DNA of 64,000 nucleotides from Felis catus (GCF_018350175.1 NC_058368.1:197658001-197722000); one strand, 5' to 3'. Shown: positions 37,338 to 52,020, counted from the first letter of the stretch. Notes: generated by a model not told the origin, from the letters alone. Made by a program: numbers and translations.

Positions 37338-37561
37338 GAGCTCCTGGGTGGCTCAGTTGGTTGAGTGACTTCAGCTCAGGTCATGATCTCAAGGTTGGTG
37401 GGTTCGAGTCCCGCGTTGGGCTCTGTGCTGACAGCTCAGAGCCTAGATCCTGCTTTGGATTGTGTGTCTCCCTCTCTGTCTGCCCCTCCCCTGCTTGCTC
37501 TCTGTCTCTCGCTCTCTCTCTCCCTCTTAAAAATAAATAAACATGAAAAAAATTTAAAAAA
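37338..37561 (+). mobile_element. Can-SINE
   Basis: Imperfect TSD AGAAATATAAGAAGCA / AGAAATATGAGAAACA. Confidence 0.9.
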
Positions 37562-39439
37562 AGAAATATGAGAAACATTCTCAGTATTTTTTCTTTAGCA
37601 TTGTCCATTGCAGAGAGCAGTCGATGTAGGATAGATAGACTCATGATGAAAAGCCGGATAGAGAGGCACGTGCCTGACAGTCCTCTCCTTTGGTAAATAG
37701 TGTCTCACAAATTTAGCGGTCTGCAGGCAGCTCTTTCCAAACAATCTGACACTCACCCGATGTTGTGTCATGGTCTGTTTGCTTCTTGTTGGGGCCCTGG
37801 AGGAAGCAGCTTGCATTGTTTTTGAAGGGATGAAGGAAAGAGAATGGAAACAATGGCTTTGGTGATTTTGCGATCAATAGTTATTGTAGAACATCACCGG
37901 CCTGTGCTTGGGCAGTGAGTGAGCCTGGTGGGGTTTTACCCCAGTGCTATCTCTAAGCTCATGACACTACTTAGTGATACCCCGAATCACTTACTGACTT
38001 GATTGACTTCAGAGCTAGCCCATGCTATTTGCTTTGTTTTGTTTTAACTACCAGATTGTTCCCGAAAAATGGTAGCATTTCTCTCCTTCTGCTAGAGCTT
38101 CTAGGAAACTCAGAGTCAAGTTTATAATTACCACTAGCAAGAACAGAAGCTCTCCAGGCACTCACTATGGCTCTGACATGCCGTTATTTTATTTTTCCAA
38201 CTCTTTTTGTCACTTCCTCTTGTTTCCTTCGCTTCCTTGACAATATTTTATATTGTTTATTTTTGTTAGCCACTTTAGGGAAAGAAGGAAAGAGGGAAGA
38301 AGAAAGGGAGAAAGGAACCCAAAAAGAAACCAGTTTTCCGGGCGGGAGAGAGAACCCTTCTTTCCTCTGCCCTCGGTACGGCTTGACGCCTTATGTTGGA
38401 GAGCCACTAAACATTTTTGAACAGAAGATCAAAATTGCAGGCTTGTGTATAAAACACAGAAAGTCTGAATAAATACAAAAAGCTGAGTATTTTAAAATAT
38501 AAACTGCATAGTCCTGATGTAAATGCCGTCACCTGCTCTACATATGTGACAGAATTAATTAAAAACCATAACAAAGGTGAGTAGCTGGCTTTGGATTAAT
38601 AAATTCATGGCTAAGTTACAACTCATTACTTCAAATGAGGAAATTCAATTAACTGGAAATCAGTGTGACTACAAGAATTCGTTGAGATGATCTGCATTTA
38701 GCAAAGAGAAAGAGCAACTTTTAAAATAAGGGAGTTGATTTTGGGTTTGATTATTAATACTGGTGAGGATACATATGATTCACTGAAGTCTGAGGGTGAC
38801 GTGAGAATCTCTGATGCCAAACGTTCTAACGCCTTGAAATACCACATAGCCTTTGAAATCCATGGATACAAGTTGTCTGCCCTAAAGACTTATCAATAGG
38901 TAATTGACTTGGAACCAGAGTTAACTCCTGTTTGTAACTTGGCAGTTGGAGCTGTGAATATGGGAAGCTTTAAGGCAGTGAAATGTTTTGCAGGAAATCT
39001 CTCTCCAGGCTTTGAAATTGTGACACGCATTAGCATATAAGGAGAAAGTGAGTGGGTACCATTTAAAAGGGGTTATTTTTATGTTGCTTTAGAAATGGAA
39101 ATGGGAATAATACTCAACTTTATTGCTTGACTGATAAAATGGTGATAATTCCGTTGGTCTTTTGATTAGATGAGGCGCACAGCAAATATTAACGGGCACT
39201 CACCCTGTGGTGAAACTCCCTGTGCCTCATGAGGTCACGGAGGACATCAGGCTGGAGCCTGGGAGAAGGATGGAGGGAGGACGGCATATTTACATTTCTG
39301 AAGCACTGGTCTCTTGCAGGGTATGAATCTGCTGATGTGGAGCCAAGCTAACTTGCTTGTCACACTACACAGCTTCCAAAGTACAGGCGCTGCAAGGACT
39401 TCAGCCAAGATGCCAGCCCCCAGGATGCCAGAGTATGGT

Positions 39440-39620
39440 GTTTGGGCAAGCAGAATGATGTAGGTTCAAGTCTTGGCTTCCCCAGTTACTAGCCGTATGA
39501 CCTTGAACTAATTACGTAATCTTTCTGAGCCTTTCACTTGGGTATCTGAGAATGGAGTGTTTGTGAGGATCAGAAGCAGAGTAGGTGAGGTTCTTAACAT
39601 AGTATCTCACTCATGGTTCG
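39440..39620 (+). mobile_element. MIR
   Basis: GGTTCAAGTCTTGGCTTCCCCAGTTACTAGCCGTATGACCTTGAAC...CTTTCTGAGCCT. Confidence 0.75.
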
Positions 39621-41976
39621 CGTGGATCAATCGAGTACGTGTCATCTTTAGTCGTCACAGTAACCTTGAGCTGTAGGCTTGTATTATCCCCGGGACTGCT
39701 AATCAATTGCCACACTACGTAAGTTTCTCGATGGCTTAAATTCAGTCTCCATTTAATTGGTCGACCATGAGATTTTTTGATTACCTGTCCCTGATTGGGC
39801 CCATTTCGTGGCGAGGAAACTGAGGCTTCCAAAGGTGATAGAAGACCGTCAGTCTTGAGGCTCAATCAGTGTCCTCATTGGGATGAGGCTGCTGCTCTTC
39901 TGCACTCTGTCCAGCACTGTTTTCTCTTTACTCTGAAGCTTCCACAAACTTAGGCACATTCCTGTTTGGGAATTGAAGGATCTAGGGCTCGGTCTCCTTC
40001 TGTCTTTTTGACCCCTTGTCTTGCATGCTATTCGGTATAGTCAGTTGTCCTTTATATGCAACTAACCCTTTGGTTGGTGATCTCTGCGTAGAGGAAAACA
40101 CCTCTGGCCTGTTGCTTTCTGCTTCTGTATCTGTCTGTGTCCAGTCCAGAAAATGGTGACTGTTTTATCTATTTCAAGCAATGGGAGGTTTGATGCAGGT
40201 AATTGGTAACAAAGCTCCCTGGAAGGGCGGGAAGCAGGGTATGTTCACCAGAGGTCAGGTGAGCCCTGCTTCAGCCGCGGATCTTCTGGAAGCTGGCTGT
40301 ACTATTGCATTTGTTGCTTAAGGAACCATTTGCTACTGCTCTCACTGCTGAAGGCCCCTGTAGATTCTGGGCAAAAAAATGGTTCTTTCTCCCTTTTGCA
40401 ATCCACTTTCCCATTCTGAGACTCCCATTTAGAGAACGTCACCAGAAGCTAGGGGCAAAGGAAGTACGGAACACATAGTTTTTGGGCTTCTCCCCTCTGG
40501 TTGAGATGAGTGCCTAAAAGTGGCCAATACAGCTTTTTCCCCTATCACCGTGGTTTCCTCTGGGACTTAGAGCTCTGGAGCCTAATGCATTGGGCTCCAC
40601 ATCCTATGAGCTCATGACATAAACATTTGAAGTTCAGTGCTTCTGAGTCTCCATCTGCTAGACTGCAGGGAGCTGTCTTTTGCCCAGTTCACGTTGCCCA
40701 AGTGTTTTGGGTCTTTGGTAACTGCTGAAAGTGAGTGCTCATAGGTGTCCCTGACGTTCTGTTTCCCCAGCGAGCTGAGCAGCCTCCAGTGATAACATTC
40801 CACTGAGGCGCTACTCTGAATAATATCCTGCTGAATGACTAGCCCCTGGGACTCAAAGGTTGCACCTTGACTCTGGTAAAACAGAGGCCTCTCGATACGG
40901 AAAATCAACATGATTACACATGTAAAGTGAGAAGAATATGTATTCTGTGTCTTACTTGATCAAAGTGGGTCCCGTGTGAGAATTGCTGGAGACAGGAGCG
41001 TGTCAGAAATTGGCAATACGGCATTTCCGTTTCTCAAGACTCATCTTCCAGGGGCACCCAGAAGGGTTGGGCCCTGATGAATGTCGCTATCAACTGTATC
41101 CACATTCTCAGAATGCCACGCACACACACTCTTTCTGAGTTCCTTGCCCCAGTCAACCCTGGCGTATCTGGTTCGTTCTCTTATGACATCTTGTCATCCC
41201 TCACCCCAGCTTGGTTCTTTCGGAGTCCTCCCAGACATCCCCAATCTTAATTTAAACCTCCAATTTCACAAAGATTTTTCTAGATAGTTTCTCCGAACCT
41301 GTGTAAATCTGCGGGTGCAAATAACGAGGCAGGGATTGAGGTGTTGCTAATTTTACAAAACATTTTACAAGACCTATTTGATTCTCAGTTCCAGTCCAGC
41401 CAGAATTTCCTCAGTGCTTAATAGGATTAGAGCATGGTCTGCAGTGAAGGGTCGCCTGGATTCAGTCTTTGTAAGGGGGAATCTCTTTGTGCCTCTTTAT
41501 AAGAATTAGCTGTTATGAGACTCAAGAAGCATATGACACTGAGAATTATTTGCAATTCCTTCCAAACTCCTTTCCATTATCTGCATCTTTGCCTAGGGCT
41601 TGTGGCTCTAGAAGTCTCACAAAGCACAGCACACAAAGGAAATACAAAGGGTTTCAGAGAGGTTAAGTGATTTTTCTTAAGCCCACACAGCTAACAAGTG
41701 TGTTAACCTGAGACTAAAACCCAAGTCACGGCTTTTTTTTCAACTTGTTATCTAACTGTCCAAAGACAGCAAACTTTTTTCTCAAGGGTATGTAATTTAG
41801 ATGAAAATGTTACTTAATTAAACGTGTCTAAATCTGAAAAATGGGTTTAGACAATACTGGGAAAACATTAAATTAGCTGTTATTTGCTGCCTTGATCATT
41901 TGACAAGAGTGGTTCAGATGCTTATACATGACCTATGTGAGCTCATTTAATCCTGACAACTCTATGGGTTCCTTTG

Positions 41977-42333
41977 TGTTATGAGCTAAATGTTTGTGTT
42001 CCCGGGGAAATTCATCTGATGAAGTCCTAACCCCAATGTGATGGTGTTAGGAGGTGGGGCCTTTGGGAAGTAATTAGGTCATGAGGGTGGAGACCTTGTG
42101 AAGGAGATTAGTGGCCTTATCAAAGAATTCCCAGAGAGCTCTCCACTCTCCACCATGTGAGGAAACAGTGAGAAAATGGCCGGCTGCACCGTACAAGTGG
42201 GTTCTCCCCAGACACCCCAACTACTGGTGCCTTGATCTTGAACTTCTCAACCTCCAGAATCGTGAGATATACATGGTTGTTGTTCAATCCATCCGGTCTG
42301 TGGTGACTCGTTACAGCAGCCCAAACTAAGACA
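41977..42333 (+). mobile_element. MLT1A-type MaLR solo LTR, full length, inserted in a MIR
   Basis: TG...CA termini (TGTTATGAGCTAAATGTTTGTG...CAGCAGCCCAAACTAAGACA), about 357 bp; MIR-like halves on both sides. Confidence 0.88.
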
Positions 42334-43564
42334 CTTACCAAAAGGGTCCCTGTTATTACATATGAGGTCAGTGAGGCAGAGACAAATTGTTGTTTTGTCC
42401 GAAGTCACATTTCCAGTAAGAGGTAAAGACTGCATTTTCACTCAGATTTGTTTGATGTCAGAGTCTATCACTGGATCTTGTTTGCTTGTGCAAAGATTTC
42501 TGTGTCGTGGAGGGTCTGTCGTTGGACATTTTCAGACTTGGGTTCTCAAACCGAAGACCAGGCAGACACATTTGTTTGGCTTATCCAGGTTTTTAAAAAT
42601 TGACTTGCGTGCTTGCGAGAGTCTGGGCACTACCCCCCCCCCCTCCCGCCATATACTAGAGGACAGATACCGATTGTCTGAAAAGAGGCCATTTTGAACT
42701 GTTACATTGCCTTCTGTAGCCAGAGTCGAGTTGGTCAGAGAGTTTGATCTGCCTGCTGGGACCGTGAAGATTGTTTATTTTGTCATTTTAATTTTGAAAA
42801 CAGTGGTAAGACTGTCTTCAATTTTAGAGACCGTATTATGACATTTGGTACCTGCTATTTTCTCCCTGGGAATTTGTTTTATTACCATTTAGCAAATAGG
42901 TTTGTGTTGAATTTAAGATCTTTTTTCAATTAAGGAATTGGAACAGTTTCTAAATAAATACCTGTTACATGATTAACATTTTATCAGTCAGGTAATGATG
43001 TTCAGGCAACGTTCTTATTTGCATTTCTAAAGAACTGTAAGAATAATCTTTTTTTCCCCCTTCTCCTCTGCCCACTCACTTGCTCCTCAACTTATAATGG
43101 CTTTATTAATTTCAATGCTTGCAAAGGGTTTTATACAAAGTACTCATCTTTGAATGTTCAATACTATCATGCCCTTACGCATATCAGATATAGACACATA
43201 TTTATAATAAGGTCTCACTGCCAACACTCTGGCTGACATTTTTAGCCTCACCTTATCTCAAAGGTCACCATTGTTCATTATTTATAATTATTGCAATCTA
43301 AACCTTCAACAGTTGAATTCCAGAGAGACCGTATATGTAGATATATAAAACCAGAAAGTCATTTTTTTAATGCGTAAAAGAGGAGAACTGCGCAGCATTT
43401 GAAAAGTAGTTGGTAATAGGAAATGAGAAAAGTTAGGTACGGAAGGTCCAGGAATGTGATCGGTCTGCACAGAAGAGGGGAGGCAGGTCTTTTGGGTGGA
43501 TGCTTCTGGCTGAGTGCAGCCTGAGTTACGGTGGGTGTCAGGAGTGGGGGCTCAGGGGCTCAGT

Positions 43565-43764
43565 TATTTATTTTGAGAGAGCGAGAGTAAGAGAGAGAGG
43601 GAGAGAGAGATGGGTGGAGAGAGAGAGAGACAGAGAATCCCAAGCAGGCTCCACGCCATCAGCACAGAGACCAATGTAGGGCTCGAACTCACAAACTGTG
43701 AGATCATGATCTGAGCCGAAATCAAGAGTCAGACGATTAACCAGCTGAGCCACCCAGAAGCCCC
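43565..43764 (-). mobile_element. Can-SINE
   Basis: Ends ...CTGAGCCACCCAGAAGCCCC; short flanking repeat TCAGTTA. Confidence 0.92.
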
Positions 43765-46134
43765 TCAGTTAGGAGACTCTTAACACTTGTCCAGGGGATG
43801 GGGCAGAGGGCCAGAACTAAGATTGAGAGAGCAGGGGATAGAGGAAGGGGATACAGATTCTAGAGGAAGTTAGTAAGCAGACTTCCTGGTAGAAAGTGAC
43901 CAATCACGTGTGAAAGAAGAAGAGGACGTTTTGAAGTTGACCATGAAGAAGGAGTAGGGTTGCATGGAAACAGAGGCTGGTTTGGAGCTGGTTGAGGTGT
44001 AGAAAACTGTGAGACATTCTTGTGTGGACTGTCCAATAGAAATTTGGTTAAATTTGTGTGGAGCCCAGTGGGCAAAAGTTTTGGGAAAGATTCCGATCCA
44101 AATTTGTGCGTGATGAATAGAATAGAACAGAAGTTGACCCCCACCCCCCCACCCCAAGGCTCTAATGATCTAGACAAAGGAAAGGTGAATGTATCTCTCC
44201 AGATATTACTATCAATGAGACTGCCTGTATATGAAGCTTCCTCCCTCTTGAGACTTCAGCACTCATCTCATTCTCTTAACTCGCAAGGATTAAGGAAGTT
44301 TTGGCACAATTAGTGTGAAAGTCAGAAACTACGCCCCTTCTGATCTCCTACACTCAGAAAGCTTATGGGAGCAAGCCACCTGTCGTGTCTCTCTAGGTAA
44401 CGTGGAGGTACTGAAGTGTTCCCTTTGTACTTTGATTTCTAGTCAGTGCAGTTGTGAGAGTTGAGCTCAGTCTTTTTCGTAGTAAACAAATTCCTTGTGA
44501 CTCATGAGGGTTATGATGTAAGGAGTGCACAAGTATTTGGAAAATAGTGCATTGAATTAGTGTGCATTTTAGATTAAGTTTTGCGGTTGAAAGCTTTCAA
44601 TTAATTTGATACTTTAGCAGAGGATAAGATCGGATCCTCTCCCTAGAAAGGGATAGTTTGATGGTTTGTCCCGGGGTTGAACTGAATATGATCGTGGCAC
44701 TGCTGATGAAATTTTGAAAAGCAAATTGAGGCACCCCCAGGGGATCCTGAGAATCAGGAAGGTTGTCTGTTCACTTCAAACACGTCATTTTTTTTATGGT
44801 TGTGTTATTGATGGGCTAGCATCTCCCAGTTTGACACCCCTGATTGTCAGGGAGAAGGCTGGGCAGCCGGTCTCTCTGTTGAGACAATTTATAGCCCTCT
44901 CAGATCACTTCTCTGGGCAATCAGCCTGAGGTCAGGGTTGTGACTTCCCATACTAGCGAAAGAGGAATTGGCTTTCTTGTAATCCAGGAAGCACGTTTGT
45001 GGGAACCAAATGAGCGGAGAGAAAGGTCCCATCCACTTCAGGAAAAAAAAAAATTCGCTTTTAATAACCTCACTTTACTTTTTTGCAAGAAGACCAATGC
45101 TGCTAATTAAGCGCAGAGAATTTGAAAGGTATTTAAAATATCTCATCTAGTCAAAAGAAAAAGCCTAAGCAGTTAGTCATATTTAAAAAAAAATCTGTAA
45201 TTCATATTTGATTAATTGTGACATGCTTCTATCCAATTAATGTTGAACTGCTGAGGTTTTACTCTGTGGGGGGAAAAAATAACTAGTAACCTTTTTACAC
45301 TAGCTTAATTTTAGCACTGCTTTATTTAGAATTATGTAACCTTGACTTTGCAGCCCTCTCCTACCCTTCCTGTCATTGCTGTCATGAAACTTCACCATCT
45401 CTTTTTTGAGTGATTGGCACCATCGCCAAACTCCCTCTCGACTGGGAGTGTCCCGCCTCCAGTTCATTTCGTTGCCACATGACTGGCCATCTTTCTAAAG
45501 CTTAAGCTTGACCTTGCCCATCCCCTGTCTTTCCTCAACTCCCTACTCGCGCTTTAAATCCGAACTCAATTATCTCCTGCAGACCCCCAAGCCTTCCCTG
45601 TGTCCCTTCTACACTCCCGGGGCTGTGTGTACGAACTGCTGTTATCAACTGTTTGTAATTGTCAGAGCTGTTTGTAATTGGCAACTGTTTGTTTTCTGTG
45701 CCTGCCTTCTCTGCTGGACACCGTGTGCCCATTATCTAGCACACTGTCTGGCATATCACAGCGTGGAAGAAATGTAACTAAAATTGAGGAAGTTTCGACT
45801 GTAACTGTATAGGCAAGATCTCATTATCACTGCAGGCCTGTCTCTACATTAACAGCCACCACCTCTATCCCCCGCCTCCCTCCCTCCCTCCCTCACACAC
45901 ACTGAATTTCACTTGTAATTATGGATTCTGAGGCTATGGGATTTGAGAGGAGATGGGAGGTTGGAAGGAACACTGGTTCTCTATTTGAGGTTGAAAAGGC
46001 CTCGCCTTTCCCTAGGAAAGCTGTTGCCGATCTCATGGCACGGGAGCTTTAGGGATGGGGTGGATGCTCCCTTTATGTTCTGTACTGGGATGTACCTCTT
46101 GGCAACCACCCCCACCACCATTCCTGCTATTTCT

Positions 46135-46375
46135 AGCTAACAGGCGTTGAGCAGTCGTGCAGGCGCCGAGCTAGACCCTTTTGTAAGTATTTTCTCATTC
46201 TCTCTCTCTATTCTATGCAGAAGTTGCTCTTATCAGCATTTTCTATGGAGTAACATTGGGACATAGGAAGATCGGTCAAACTCGCCCAAGTTCACATAGC
46301 TAATACATGGGGGAGCCAAGGGTCCAAACCTAGGACGTCTGCCTCCTGAGCTCCGGCCCCTGACTGCTGTTCGGG
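46135..46375 (-). mobile_element. MIR
   Basis: AACTCGCCCAAGTTCACATAGCTAATA...CCAAACCTAGGACGTCTGCCTCC. Confidence 0.65.
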
Positions 46376-47769
46376 AGCCGCCTCTGCACCGCTAGACTGC
46401 TGTGGTATATTACACCTGGCCCTAAGACCACGGTCACTTATCTGCCATGGCTACTACTATGCCAGCTATTATCATTAGTTCTAGTATTTCACAACTCTGA
46501 GTTCCTAATACTTTCTTCACTTATTCCAAATACCATGCTAAGGGCTTTGAAGACAGTGTGTTGTGTCACAGCAATACAGAGAGCCTACTCTGAGAAAGAG
46601 AGCCTGTGTCATCCCAGAGAGAGGGTCCCGTGTGCTCTGTGATCAGGGCCCCTCACAGGAGATTAGGTCCCTTTGGGTAGACTTTCTCTTTTTCTTGACA
46701 GTCTCATTCTCCAGGAATTGTCCCTCTTCTCTAAGCAGAAACCCGTTAGCTCCATGACCTCTGTCCTCCTTTTCCATCCTCAGAGATGACTGAGATCAGC
46801 TGGGGATCTCGAATGTTAGCACAGGAATGTCCTTAAGAGGCCAGAAGAAAGTTGAAGGCGCTCTCACGTATCAAAATTCCCACCGTGGTGTCCTAGAAAG
46901 TAGCCCCCAGCTTCTGCTTGAAAATTCCAGTCTTCTTTTTAAGTATGTCCAGGGAACTGATTAAATTCAACCCAGATTATTAGGTATTCGGTGAAGAAGC
47001 ACAACCACAGTGAGACTGTGTCACATGAGGCAAGAGCTTAATAGTTGGGTCTGGCAAAAGGTTTTCCTTTATGGACTGTTAAGTTCTCCTTCTTCCCCTT
47101 TACTCTTTCTCTCAGTTTCTGTGCCGTTGTTCAACACCCTAGTTTTTCTTCTGTCCACTTGCTGTCCCCATCTCATCCCATGGAGCGAGCGTTGTCTGCA
47201 CCTGCTGCTGACTCCATGCTGGGCTCTCCTTCAGATGGCTCCAAATGGCCAGTTCTCTCCTACCTGACCCAAAGTCACTGGGCAGCAAGGAGTTCACTCC
47301 CCTCTCGATCCCTGGATGTTTCCCACACGGATCGCTCTGGTTTAAGAATGACCTATGCCTTTTCTGCTCTGTCACATTTTCCTATTCCCCTCTACCTTTT
47401 CCTCTCCTCCTCCTCCTCCTCCTCCTCCCCTCCTCCACTGTGTTACTGGCGGGTGTCATCTTGCATTCCAGTGGCTCCGCTGCTCATCGTTCTCTTTCTC
47501 TCTTGCCTTTCCCCTCGCCCAACACTTCTATCATTCACCATCCATGTTTTTCTCCCTCTTCTTTTTCTCCCACATCTCTATCTTTCCTAAGCTAACCCCT
47601 CACTTGGTTTATCAGAAAGCATTTTTTTTTCTTTTGTTTTAAAAATGGAGTTTTAGGAGTATAGACTTGTGAATCAACAAGTGTTTACCAACTATTGACC
47701 ATATGTGTGGCTGTTCGTAGTTAAGAAGGTGTATGAGATAACAGGTCTGTCTGGTGATAAGACTTCGTA

Positions 47770-48005
47770 TTAATAATTTATTTACACGGTATTTCCGTGT
47801 TTACGACGTGCTTTCACTTGCACTGTTATCTAATTCTCACGGCATCCAGCAAATCAGGGCAAGTTTTATTAACCTAGCGTATGAGATAAAGGAAATGAAA
47901 CTTTGCGAGGTTATGAAAAGGATTCTTTTGTGCTTAAGGTCACATTACTGGTATATGACAGAGCCCAGATTAGAATCCAGAGGTTTTGATTCCTAGTGCA
48001 ATTTT
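47770..48005 (-). mobile_element. MIR
   Basis: GATAAAGGAAATGAAAC...AAGGTCACA...CAGAGCCCAGATTAGAATCCAG. Confidence 0.65.
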
Positions 48006-50376
48006 TTCCCACAATACATGTGGCAGTAAGTGAACACAGGGGTAACCTAAGTACATCAGCATGATAACAGTGATATCATAAGATGCCAAAATCTAAGTAA
48101 AGAGGCATGGTGGTTTTATGGTGTTTGGCCTTGGCTGGGATATTTGGAAAGGTTAACTGAAGTTTGGTGAGAAATGTCTGAAGACAAATTTATCCATTAG
48201 GATAAGGTTGGCTTTGGGGAAACATAACAGGTGCACGATGGAAAGATTAGTCCATAAGGTGATGTTATAACAAAGAGCTGGCATCAGGGAAATCCAGCAA
48301 ATGGTAATATTTAGACCACAGCCCTGGGGAATCTGGAAGTTGCACATTTCAAACCGTATAGATTACTGCGCTTAACGAAGTTTCTCAAAATATACTAGGG
48401 AATCATCTACAGTCCCTGAAGTAGCAGGAATGGTCAGGTAGACCTCTGATCCCAGAGTAACTGAGGCTTGGGGCAGTCATTACAAGAGACAGTCAGAAAC
48501 TTAGGGATGCATTTGGGTACCAGTCAAAGCTGCAAATTGGCAGCTGGGTCTCAGGGTCTATACAGAAGCCAGGAGTTTGGAGCTGGGACAGAATCCAAAT
48601 GAGCAGGAAGAATGACTTGATGTTGAATATTGTCACTAGCTCAGCATGAAATAGGAAAGTGACCTTTGAGTTCCCTTGATTCTGGGGGGATCTCCGAGGT
48701 GAGATAATTATCATTATCCGGTAATGATAGCATGCCTTACGGACTATTTGTTGAAAAGGACAGAATAAAAGGAAAATTCAGAATGTGCTTACATCAGCAG
48801 GGGAGACTTCATGAGAAGCTGGCCTTTGAAGTACAGGGAAAACATAGATTATCCATGTAGTGGGTTAAATATTTGAAGAGTGATGTTAGGATTCTTCCAG
48901 TTTGGAGAAAATTCAAAGTAGTTTAACCAACGGTGAGAATTTGTTGGCTCACCAAACTGAAAGGTCCTGCTCTGTCAGAGTGCAACTTGCCAGACCAGCA
49001 CCTCAAACCATATTCTTGGAATTGGTCTCTTTACTCTGACATCCTCTTCAGTGGGGCCCTACCATGTGGCAGTGCCGTGAAGGTCCAGACTTTCATCCTG
49101 TCATCTTCAAATGCAGGTAGAACAAAGGTCATCCAGCCCACGAGTGCCAACAAATTCCAAGAATTAAAGACCATTGGACCAGTTTGCATCCGCATAACGA
49201 TCTCCGAATCATTGTGGTTTGCGTTACGTTTCTATTGGAACTTCCGGGGGAAGTAAAAATGGTAATTGGCAGGCCTCGATTATGTGCCGTGCCTGGAGAT
49301 GAGACGGGGAAGAACAGGCTCAGCGCCATCTGAACCGCATGGACTAGTGTAGGGATGAGATGGCTCCCGCAAAGAAAAATGGAGCTCTTTTACCAAATAA
49401 AGGGTAAATGATAGCCTAAAAGTGCAGATGTCCAATAAAGGGGCCAAAGTTCTTGCATACAGGAGACTGTCCCCAAAGTCAGAGTTCTTCGAAGTTCAGC
49501 TGTGACGGAAACCCTTTGTTCACTTAAATAAGATCTGAATTGCATCCTTCTATAACATTATTGTATCGTCATGGACAGATCGAAGTTTGGACCAGGAGTT
49601 TGATATAATTAGCAGGTGCTGAGAATAGGGGTGCCAGGTAGCAGGTTCCAGCGGAACTGACAATGCTGGAAGGATCTAGTTAGAGGCTCCCAAGGTTTGG
49701 AGGGAGCACAAGTCCAGAGAATCAATTGTGCTAATTGGTAGAGCATGCTAGAAGTTTTCAACCCAAGACAAAAACTTGGGTTTTACTCTCTGTTATGTCT
49801 GAGCAGCCCTGGAACTCTTGATTACAGGCAGAGGTCCAGAAGCACCTCTCAGTGAACTGGTTTCTTGTTAGGAAATGGGAGACCTGAAATTCCAACACTC
49901 TTTTGAATTTCAAAGAACCTCTTCTTATTAACAGGCACTAATGGAGCTCCCTAGTTCAAACAGATGATTAAGGTTGACATTAGAAATGTGAATCTCACTG
50001 TAACTAATGATTCAGCAAATATTCCTTCCCTATTTATGGATATTATTCTGACCCCGACAAATATGGTTGTGGACGTATATGGTAGGTGGGTATACATGTG
50101 GGGAGGTGGTGGTGACTGTTCTTCTAAGTAAGTGTATATTCCCCAAGTGGGTGTGAATTGTGGGGATACAGCAGCTGTTGAGTCTCAACATGGCTTTCTT
50201 TCACTTAGTCTGAAACTAGACTCTGCTTGCAATGGGGAGGGCAGCGAGGGCTGAGTCAGATCTTCACAGACCTCGTGCCACAGAAGCCTGGAGAGAGAGG
50301 AAGGGACTTTACACAATAGCTCTGTCCAGTAGAAATATAATGCTAACCACAAATGGGAGCCACATACGTGATTTTA

Positions 50377-50612
50377 TTTTTATTTTTATTTTTAAAAAAA
50401 TTTTTTTTTTAACGTTTATTTATTTTTGGGACAGAGAGAGACAGAGCATGAACGGGGGAGGGGCAGAGAGAGAGGGAGACACAGAATCGGAAACAGGCTC
50501 CAGGCTCCGAGCCATCAGCCCAGAGCCTGATGCGGGGTTCGAACTCCCGGACCGCGAGATCGTGACCTGGCTGAAGTCGGACGCTCAACCGACTGCGCCA
50601 CCCAGGCGCCCC
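50377..50612 (-). mobile_element. Feline Can-SINE, young
   Basis: Perfect 16-bp TSD CACATACGTGATTTTA at 50361-50376 and 50613-50628. Confidence 0.96.
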
Positions 50613-50850
50613 CACATACGTGATTTTAAATTTACTGGTAACTAGGCTAAAAATAACTAAAAAGAGACGAGTGAAATCAACCGTAACAGTGTATTTTATT
50701 TTATCCAACACATCCAAAATATTGTTTCTGCGTACCATCAATATAAAATTATTAACTATATGGTTGATATTTTTTTGTACTTAGTCTTCAAAACCTGGTT
50801 TGTATATTTTCCACATACAACATGTCTGAATTTGGGCCAGCTACATTTCA

Positions 50851-50916
50851 ATTTTTTTTTTTAATGTTTATTTCTTTCCGAAAGGGAGAGAGACAGAGCG
50901 TGAGTGGAGGAGGGGC

Positions 50917-50949
<33 letters not shown>

Positions 50950-50992
50950 GACAGAGACAGAGAGTGGGGGAGAGGCAGAGAGAAAGAGAGAG

Positions 50993-51031
<39 letters not shown>

Positions 51032-51162
51032 ATGACAGAATCTGAAGTGAGCTCCAGGCTCCGAGCTGTCAGCACAGAGCCCGACGCGGGGCTCAAACTC
51101 ACAAACGGCGAGATCATGACCTGAGCCGAAGTCGGATGCTCAACCGACTGAGCCACCTAGGA
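50851..51162 (-). mobile_element. Can-SINE with an expanded (GA/GACA)n region
   Basis: Perfect 17-bp TSD GGGCCAGCTACATTTCA at 50834-50850 and 51163-51179. Confidence 0.95.
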
Positions 51163-52020
51163 GGGCCAGCTACATTTCAGATGTTCAATAACGACATACA
51201 TCTAGTGGCTGCTATACTGGGCAGTGAAGTTCCAGAACACATGTTCCAAGGTCAGCAAATGATTCGAATGAGCCACCACTCCCCACTCGTACCCTCCCCG
51301 TCCCCCCAACTGCAAACATCACTCCTCTATCAGTCTGTCTTCCCACATGGTGGTTCACCATCCTTCTTAACGGTTTTTGAAGCCTCCCTAAACCTGCAAC
51401 ATTTTTATCCTTTTTAATATTATCAACTGCCTCATTCCTGAATAAACAGGCTACATTCTCCAAGCTCCTTCCCTGGACCTGATAGGTCTCATGCTTTTCT
51501 GTTTTCTTTTTTGACTCTGTCAAGTTACAGCTCCTTTCCTGCTTTGGCCTTTTTTTTTTTTTGCTCTTCCTCCTAGAGCCTCTGGGATCTTGGCCGGACG
51601 AGGAAACTACACAACGTGCGGGGACTCCCCCCTCTCTGCAGATTTTCTGCCGTGTTTCTGATCTTGCACTGGGTTCATGGCCAGGCTGTGTGGGCACCTG
51701 CTGGCTTCATTAGTGATTTCCTCGGGCTTCACTGCAGGTCCCTATTGATAGTCCCACACGGTCTGTACATAAAATTTGGTCCCCTGCAAGAATCTGAACA
51801 AAAACAATTTCGTTTTGAATCGAGGTCAGTGCCTTAGATTTCTGTTCCATTAATAACTTAAATGTTTAGTTTTCAAAGAGAATTTGCTTTCTTGGTCAGA
51901 AGAAGCATTTTTAGCCTCCTTGGTGAAATATCCTTATTTTCTTTGAGCTGGCAGTGTTTGTAAGTGCATTCATTTGGCAGGCATCGTTAATTGTGGTTTA
52001 TTGGAACCTAACGGATTGTT

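Larger units (their letters stand above)
50316..51230. mobile_element. MER33-like (hAT-Charlie) split by two SINEs
   Basis: CTGTCCAGTAGAAATATAATG...GCCACATACGTGATTTTAAATTT...CCAAAATATT...GCTACATTTCAGATGTTCAATA...CTAGTGGCTGCTATACTGGGCAG. Confidence 0.82.

Noticed and set aside
47010..47642. 181-aa Ser/Leu/Pro-rich ORF
   Set aside because: Product of a pyrimidine-rich (CCT)n low-complexity tract
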